Assembly: GCA_050294405.1 (NCBI GenBank)
Contig: JBNKOC010000012.1
Span: forward strand, 103,031 to 135,030
Direction: 5' to 3'
DNA from: Fibrobacteria bacterium
GTDB taxonomy: Bacteria; Fibrobacterota; Fibrobacteria; UBA11236; JADFYW01
Length of the DNA stretch: 32,000 bases
The position numbers and the translations under genes are program-made. Shown in pieces: positions 26,535-32,000 of the stretch. Every line of letters starts with the position of its first letter. Position 1 is the stretch's first letter. A model generated the notes under the pieces. It was not told the origin of the DNA and made no database searches. It saw only the letters and a list, made by a program, of their open reading frames with translations.

Positions 26535-26540
26535 TATAAT
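26535..26540 (+). promoter_or_regulatory. Perfect TATAAT -10 hexamer 7 nt upstream of the metallophosphoesterase ATG
   Basis: TATAAT at 26535-26540 and ATG at 26548. There is no Shine-Dalgarno in between and no convincing -35 (ATGCAT at the 17-nt position). Confidence 0.3.
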
Positions 26541-26547
26541 CAAAATT

Positions 26548-27711
26548 ATGCTTCGTTTGGCAGTTATAGGGGATTTGCATTACGAACCAAAAGACAGCTT
26601 GTCTTTTGATAGCTATTTCGAGCAAATAAGAAAACAAAAGCCCCATGTTGTGTGTCAATTAGGTGATATTGGGGGGTACAGTTATTCCGGTTCCTTCCAA
26701 TCTTTTGTGGACGGAAAAAGTTTCTTGTCTCGCTTTGAAGTGCCCTATTATACCCTTATGGGAAATCATGATTTAGAAGGGGAAGAATTTAGCACCGACG
26801 AAAAATCCATTGAAGCCTGGTGCCAGGTATTTGATTACCTTTTGCCCTATCAGCAAGTTGAAATGGAAGGCTACTTGTTGGTGTTTTTATCTTCCACAGC
26901 TTATCGAAGCAATCCAAACAGTTGCCATGAAGTATATGTGGACGATATGCAATTTGAATGGCTACAAAATGTTTTGAAAAATAATACGGATAAAAAAATA
27001 TTGGTATTCTCCCACTGTCCCATATTTGCCTCTCAATTAAAAATACTGCAAAATTTGCATTTGAGAGTTCCCAATGCCTATGTTAACCATAGCCAGTCGC
27101 CCGAAAAATTTATCGAGCTGGTTCATCAATATGATAACATTAAGCTTTGGTTTTCCGGGCACAACCATTTGGGCCAAAACTACTCAAACTCCATTTCCAA
27201 GGTAAACCAATGCCATTTTGTGCACACAGCCGTAATGGGCAATATTACTCGGGATGGATTCAAACAAAGCCGCATTGTGGATTTAAATAAAGATAGTATT
27301 GCAATACATAGCCTGGATCATTACTCGGGAAATATGTTGCTGGATTACGAAGTAAATCTGGAGACAGGTAAAGAAAAACGTCATTTAGTCAAATTTGAAA
27401 AAGACAAAGAAAAATTTTACTCCCCCCCTTCATTTGATGGTTCCCACGAAAAAATAAAATTCGGCAAAAGTGTTTTTATCTTTTACCGGGATATGTTAGT
27501 GGAATTCGACGCCAAATGGAAAACGGCTCGCGGAGTCGTTGCGGATAACATGGCCGGAGCTAAATTGGAAGTTTTAGAGAATAGCCTTATTTTAATCACC
27601 AAAGATGGGTTTTCCAAAATCTTAAAGGCGGATAAAAATGGGTTTTACAGCAAGGTATTTTTTAGGAACCCCTATTTGAAGAGCAGCCCAAAAAAGAAAA
27701 CGGCTTCCTGA
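26548..27711 (+). CDS. Calcineurin-like metallophosphoesterase with a C-terminal extension
   Basis: 387 aa with the motifs GDLHY, GDIGG, GNHD, FSHCP and GHNH in canonical order. The ~130-aa C-terminal region is of unknown function. Confidence 0.85.
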   Translation: MLRLAVIGDLHYEPKDSLSFDSYFEQIRKQKPHVVCQLGDIGGYSYSGSFQSFVDGKSFLSRFEVPYYTLMGNHDLEGEEFSTDEKSIEAWCQVFDYLLPYQQVEMEGYLLVFLSSTAYRSNPNSCHEVYVDDMQFEWLQNVLKNNTDKKILVFSHCPIFASQLKILQNLHLRVPNAYVNHSQSPEKFIELVHQYDNIKLWFSGHNHLGQNYSNSISKVNQCHFVHTAVMGNITRDGFKQSRIVDLNKDSIAIHSLDHYSGNMLLDYEVNLETGKEKRHLVKFEKDKEKFYSPPSFDGSHEKIKFGKSVFIFYRDMLVEFDAKWKTARGVVADNMAGAKLEVLENSLILITKDGFSKILKADKNGFYSKVFFRNPYLKSSPKKKTAS

Positions 27712-27717
27712 ATATTC

Positions 27718-28434
27718 TTACTGTTTGTTTATATACTTCAAGCCTTCCCTTTTGGTCAGGGCGGGTAATGTTTGGGATTTGATAAATTGAACAACGGTTT
27801 TTGCATTTGTTTTGGAATATTCCCGCAAAGCCCAGCCCATAGCTTTTTGAATAAAAAACTCTTTAGATTCCCTCTCCTGCAAGATAAAGTTTTTTAAAAT
27901 CTCCCAATCTGTTGTTTGTTTGTATTTTAGCTGGAATAAAATGGCAGAACGGCGAATCCACATGTTATTATCTGTTATCCAATTATTAAGGGACTGTTTT
28001 AGCTCCTGATTTTTTGCTAAGTGCCCCAGAATATAGCTGCTTAAAAAATCCACCGTATCCCACCAGGATTTAGAGCGAATTAATTTTTTGAGCTGGGGTA
28101 AAAAATAGGGCGTTAGTAAAGATTTGTGAGAAATTAATAAATCCACTGCGCATAATTGGAATTCTCTTTCGGGAAGCTTGTAGAAGTCGTTAGACATTTT
28201 GATAAGGCTTTTTTCAGAGGGAAAGGCAATAACAGCAAAATGTTTTTTTAACAATTGTCTTCTTTCGTCGGCGTTTATTCCAAAAAAGGAAAATTTGTTT
28301 TTTAAATAGGCCTCCATTTGCGAGGCCTTGTGTTTGTTGCTGTGCTTTTTAAAATCTGCCTGAAGTCTTTCAAATGCCTTAACATATTGCCCGGCAAAAT
28401 CCAAAGCCATCTTAATTTTCCGCAGATAAGCCAA
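27718..28434 (-). CDS. DNA alkylation repair protein (AlkD/AlkC-like HEAT-repeat family)
   Basis: 238 aa with WWDTVDFL, MWIRRSAILFQL and FFIQKAMGWALREYSKTN motifs typical of the DNA alkylation repair enzyme family. An alternative ATG lies at 28410. Confidence 0.8.
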   Translation of the reverse strand: MAYLRKIKMALDFAGQYVKAFERLQADFKKHSNKHKASQMEAYLKNKFSFFGINADERRQLLKKHFAVIAFPSEKSLIKMSNDFYKLPEREFQLCAVDLLISHKSLLTPYFLPQLKKLIRSKSWWDTVDFLSSYILGHLAKNQELKQSLNNWITDNNMWIRRSAILFQLKYKQTTDWEILKNFILQERESKEFFIQKAMGWALREYSKTNAKTVVQFIKSQTLPALTKREGLKYINKQ

Positions 28435-29338
28435 GTTTTTTGAGCAGGGCCCTATCTTTGTCGGAGTTTTTTCCCCAGTAGGCGCTATGTAATTGGTGGG
28501 TTTTTACAGCACTGGTTGTAAGGGGTTCCCCCCCTTTAATACTTGGGTAGCTTTCGGTCCATTTGTGAATTTCAAATGGAAAATTAGCTTCAAAATAAAC
28601 AATGAGTTCTCTTTTTAATTCGGGATAGCTCAGAGTATAAGCCACCAGCTCTTTTCCCTCCGCGTTTTTTTCCTGGGATTTAGCTAGGCTTGCCTTTGCT
28701 GTATATGCCTTAAGCGGCTTGTGAACCATGCGGATGTAAGAACTAAAGGGGATTATATTACTTTCACCCAGTGGTAATTTGTTTGGGTTTAAGCGAATAG
28801 TGCTAAACAACCCATCTTCTGTAAAATTGGCGGGGAGGTTAAAATTTTTATCTCCCTCTGATTCAAAATAGGAACGCACTTCCACCTCATAATTCTTTTC
28901 TCTTAAATTAAATTGGTTGAATACATGGCCACACCACTCCGATACGCTGGTGCTGATTTTATAGGGAAGCAATTGTTTGTCCGCATTAACATTGTTAAAG
29001 CTGGAAGTCATAATGGTGTATGGATAAATCCCAGTATAAAATCTCTTATAGGCATTTAATTTTAAAATGGGCTTGGAAGTGGAATCAGGGTAATCCGCTT
29101 TCACTTGTTTTTCGGGGTTGAACTTTTCTGTCACAAATATATGAACGGCACTGCCCTTGTGGTTTTCTCCATAACGAGCTTGACTTAAGTCAAAACGAGT
29201 GATTTCGGCTCCCTTGTGGTACCAGTACTTTTTAAAGTTTTCAGGTTCAGGCAATTTGAAAATTATAGTTTGCTCTTTTCCCAGACAGCTCAAAAGCGAA
29301 AGCTGCATTATCAACAGACATAGAAACTGAAATTTCAT
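28412..29338 (-). CDS. Lipoprotein of unknown function
   Basis: 308 aa with signal peptide MKFQFLCLLIMQLSLLS-C. I recognise no motif. Its 3' end overlaps or abuts the AlkD-like gene. Confidence 0.6.
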   Translation of the reverse strand: MKFQFLCLLIMQLSLLSCLGKEQTIIFKLPEPENFKKYWYHKGAEITRFDLSQARYGENHKGSAVHIFVTEKFNPEKQVKADYPDSTSKPILKLNAYKRFYTGIYPYTIMTSSFNNVNADKQLLPYKISTSVSEWCGHVFNQFNLREKNYEVEVRSYFESEGDKNFNLPANFTEDGLFSTIRLNPNKLPLGESNIIPFSSYIRMVHKPLKAYTAKASLAKSQEKNAEGKELVAYTLSYPELKRELIVYFEANFPFEIHKWTESYPSIKGGEPLTTSAVKTHQLHSAYWGKNSDKDRALLKKLGLSAEN

Positions 29339-29551
29339 GGTTATGTTCTCCTCTTCGTCTATTGGTCTTTGTTAATGTAAAAAAGTTACATTTATGTGGT
29401 AAAAGTATTGAGGTTTGGTTGCCTGAAATTTTGTCAGAAAAATAATCCAAAGAAAAATTGAAAGATACCTCAATCTTGTATATCTTAGTCAAGATAGCGG
29501 GCAGTAGTGGGATTGTAATAAGCCATAAAGATTTGGCTTAATGGAGATTTT

Positions 29552-30553
29552 TTGGGTTCCTGGTTGTTGAATATAGCGAGCTTTGCTGCTTGGGCCGTTT
29601 TATTGGCTGCGCTTTGGCAAAGTTGTGAAGAAAGTAACATCACCCAGCCTTCCATGGATAAATTACCGGCTTCCATTTCCACTTCCGGTGTATTAAAAGA
29701 TGCAGGCTGGACCGATAGCTCATATTCTAAGCTGGGAATTGTAAAACATGGCGATAATTACGACAAAATTTTGCGGAACCACTCTTACCTCCACGCCTTT
29801 CGCCCTTCGCCTGTTACCAAAGATTCCTTAGAAACAGTCCTTTCCCAGGTAATCACTCAGGTGGTTTCCGGGGCGGGAGAATTGCAAATCCCCTCTATTA
29901 AAACCACAGCATATTCCTTTTCCAAAGGAAGGATGGGTGATGTGCTTTGGGAAATGGAAGCGCCTGGAATCAACGGGGAAATTTTTAATGGCTTTTATCG
30001 CGTTGAACGCAAGGAATGTTGTGGCCTCGGAAAGCTTTATGCCCTTTATAATCTTACCAGCGGTCAAAAAATTATCAGCTATTCCAACAGCTATTTAAAA
30101 TTAGAAGCTGTGGATGGAAGCGCAAAAAGGCTTTTGGGCCTTAAATCCGGCGCCAGCAGCTATCTTGAAATTTATGAAGAAGATCCATTATACATAGGGA
30201 CTTTAAGTTACTCCAGTATGGAAGGAGAATTGGAAATAGCTGTTTTGATGGCCAAAGACAGCCTTTCAAAATCCAAATTGGAGAACTCCCTCAGTCTTAA
30301 CTTTTTGGCTCCATTAAGTGCAAACATATCCCAGGATGTTATTTTTGGAGAAAGGAGCTTTAGGGTTCCTCCTCAGCCAGCGGAAGGTTCGAATTACCCC
30401 CTTTGTACAGTTTCCTTAAACCTGGAGCCGGAAGAAAAAAGTCTATCCATCGAAGTTTATTCCGACAGTCTGGGCCTGCAAAACTTAAGGGAAAATGGGT
30501 TGTCCGTGGATATTATTAACCCCATGCTTCCTGTGTCCACAAAAGCGGAATAG
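29552..30553 (+). CDS. Exported protein of unknown function (possible lipoprotein; TTG start)
   Basis: 333 aa with an N-terminal hydrophobic segment ending ALWQS-C. The composition is coding-like with no recognisable motifs. Confidence 0.55.
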   Translation: MGSWLLNIASFAAWAVLLAALWQSCEESNITQPSMDKLPASISTSGVLKDAGWTDSSYSKLGIVKHGDNYDKILRNHSYLHAFRPSPVTKDSLETVLSQVITQVVSGAGELQIPSIKTTAYSFSKGRMGDVLWEMEAPGINGEIFNGFYRVERKECCGLGKLYALYNLTSGQKIISYSNSYLKLEAVDGSAKRLLGLKSGASSYLEIYEEDPLYIGTLSYSSMEGELEIAVLMAKDSLSKSKLENSLSLNFLAPLSANISQDVIFGERSFRVPPQPAEGSNYPLCTVSLNLEPEEKSLSIEVYSDSLGLQNLRENGLSVDIINPMLPVSTKAE

Positions 30554-30718
30554 CCTTTAAACCGCAAAAAACCCAATTAATTAAAAATATCCCAATTTTT
30601 AAAAAACGCCTGATACTTCGCAAAAACATGGGGTTTATTTTGTACATCCCTGAATATTGAAATTTATTTGAATATAACTGGACAAGGCAGCCTATTTATA
30701 GGAAAATTTTCCCTAATT

Positions 30719-30874
30719 ATGGGTCATTCAGCAAAATTAGATTGGGTCAAAAAAATGGTGTTGGTCGTGAATGCTTTTTTTCTGGCTTTTATTTTGTACC
30801 AGGTTGTATTGGGATCGGAGCCGCAAGAAACCCCTGACCCCAATCTGCATTCTCAAAGTCTTTTAAATAACTAA
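30719..30874 (+). CDS. Possible small single-TM membrane protein
   Basis: 51 aa from ATG 30719 (the ORF track begins at TTG 30668). There is one hydrophobic helix, MVLVVNAFFLAFILYQVVLG. It is the only ORF in a 346-nt gap and has no homology support. Confidence 0.25.
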   Translation: MGHSAKLDWVKKMVLVVNAFFLAFILYQVVLGSEPQETPDPNLHSQSLLNN

Positions 30875-30899
30875 AAGCCTGTATAAAAACCAACTGGTG

Positions 30900-32000
30900 T
30901 TAGTCCAGTTTTAATCCAACGTATAGATCACCACCGTTGCGAATAACATGGAGCAGGCAAACCTCTCCTTTTACGCTATTTAAAATTTCATATACCTCTT
31001 CTGCGGATTTGACAGCCTGCCTATTGGCTTCAACAATAACATCGCCCTTTTTTAACCCCGAATTGTCGGCTAAAGAATTTGGTTCCACATCCATAACTAA
31101 AGCACCGTTTGCAGAATTTATGTCCAGGCGCTTGGCGCTGTGGTAATCCAAGTCTCTAAGGCTAAGCCCGAAATCATCTTCTGGTTCTTTAGTCGGCTTT
31201 TTTGCTTCCTTTTCATCTTCCCTTTCGCCAATGTTTATGTCAACCTTTTTGATTTTTCCATTGCGAATGATTTCAAAGGGGTAGCTTTGAGAAGGTTTTA
31301 ATAGGGCAACAACATTTCGCAGCTGATTTACATCTTTAATGTCTTTTCCATCCACCTTAATAATAACATCCATATCCTGAAGGCCGGCTTCTTCGGCGGG
31401 GGAATTTTCTATAACACTGGAAATCAAGGCTCCTTTAGTGTTGTCCAGATTTAATGCCGAGGCTATGTTATTATCCAGCGCCTGGAGATACACGCCTAAA
31501 TAACCACGGGTGACAGCACCGTCGTCAAGCAAATCCTGCATAATTTTTTTAGCCATGTTAATGGGAATGGCAAAGCCTATGCCGTGACTTCCTCCGGTGC
31601 GGGAGGCTATTGCCGTATTAATTCCAATCACCTTGCCGTCCAGATTTACCAGGGCGCCACCGCTGTTGCCCGGATTAATGGAAGCATCGGTTTGCAAATA
31701 ATTTTCGTAGGAATTAACGCCAACAGTTCTCCCTTTGGCGCTGATGATTCCCATGGTCACAGTGTTGGAGTATCCGAAAGGGTTTCCAATAGCCAGAACG
31801 GTTTCACCAATATCCATGTTATTAGAGTTGCCCAATTCGGCTACGGGTAAATCGGCAGGAGGGCTTTTTATTTTTATAACAGCAACATCGGATAATTTGT
31901 CTGTGCCAATTATTTTAGCTTCAAATTGCCTGTCATCGGATAGAGTGATCATCAATTCATCGGCTTCCCCAGCTACGTGGTGATTTGTGATGATGTAACC
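30900..32000 (-). CDS. htrA: HtrA/DegP-family periplasmic serine protease with two PDZ domains; the N-terminus lies beyond the window edge
   Basis: The frame stays open upstream of the track start to position 32000 and encodes GYIITNHHVAG, which holds the catalytic His. Also present are DVAVIKI (Asp) and GNSGGALV (Ser). Two PDZ-like segments follow. Confidence 0.9.
   Translation of the reverse strand, partial: GYIITNHHVAGEADELMITLSDDRQFEAKIIGTDKLSDVAVIKIKSPPADLPVAELGNSNNMDIGETVLAIGNPFGYSNTVTMGIISAKGRTVGVNSYENYLQTDASINPGNSGGALVNLDGKVIGINTAIASRTGGSHGIGFAIPINMAKKIMQDLLDDGAVTRGYLGVYLQALDNNIASALNLDNTKGALISSVIENSPAEEAGLQDMDVIIKVDGKDIKDVNQLRNVVALLKPSQSYPFEIIRNGKIKKVDINIGEREDEKEAKKPTKEPEDDFGLSLRDLDYHSAKRLDINSANGALVMDVEPNSLADNSGLKKGDVIVEANRQAVKSAEEVYEILNSVKGEVCLLHVIRNGGDLYVGLKLD

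Noticed and set aside
29247-29682. Minus-strand ORFs 29247-29492 (81 aa) and 29485-29682 (65 aa)
   Set aside because: They overlap the 5' ends of the two divergent exported-protein genes and the intergenic region. Nothing in the sequence supports them as coding.
31953-31955. TTG at 31955 as the start of the HtrA gene
   Set aside because: The frame remains open to the window edge, and the upstream codons encode GYIITNHHVAG with the catalytic His. The gene is therefore truncated by the window and does not start here.
1-32000. CRISPR arrays, tRNA/rRNA genes, transposases, integrases, prophage or defence islands
   Set aside because: I scanned the intergenic regions and ORF translations. There are no regularly spaced repeats, no tRNA-like T-arm sequences in the gaps, and no recombinase, transposase or phage-like proteins.

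Overview
This AT-rich window is densely coded and looks like chromosome from a diderm bacterium: it has lipoboxes, an OmpA-type MotB and an outer-membrane (OM) barrel protein. I cannot assign a taxon from sequence alone. I found no rRNA, tRNA, CRISPR array, transposase, integrase or phage genes. Most genes are housekeeping. The left end is a nitrate/nitrite assimilation locus. It holds a truncated NarK-type transporter convergent with nirBD, a good sigma-54 -24/-12 match upstream of nirB, and a divergent PP2C phosphatase / Ser-Thr kinase fusion. Next come a 4HBT thioesterase, a MATE exporter, ilvBN, radC, a MORN-repeat lipoprotein and a YyaL-like thioredoxin-fold lipoprotein. A long minus-strand run (14.1-25.2 kb) then holds an alpha/beta hydrolase, motB, motA, three unusual envelope genes, a DASS transporter, pterin dehydratase, DoxX, a CorA/ZntB transporter, map, dgkA and a PAP2 phosphatase. 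The right end has an RRM protein, a Kv-type K+ channel with a zinc-ribbon tail, a metallophosphoesterase, an AlkD-like protein, two unknown exported proteins and a truncated HtrA/DegP. The main candidate for something new is the operon at about 14.9-19.9 kb. It combines a complete MotA/MotB stator with a TPR lipoprotein, a CsgG/FlgO-like OM barrel protein and a 614-aa protein. That protein fuses a FliF-like periplasmic ring-building segment, through one TM helix, to a full FliG-like N/M/C module. Its FliM-binding EHPQ motif and its torque-helix acidic pair are not conserved, and no other flagellar genes lie nearby. All homology calls rest on motif recognition by eye and need HMM and structure checks.
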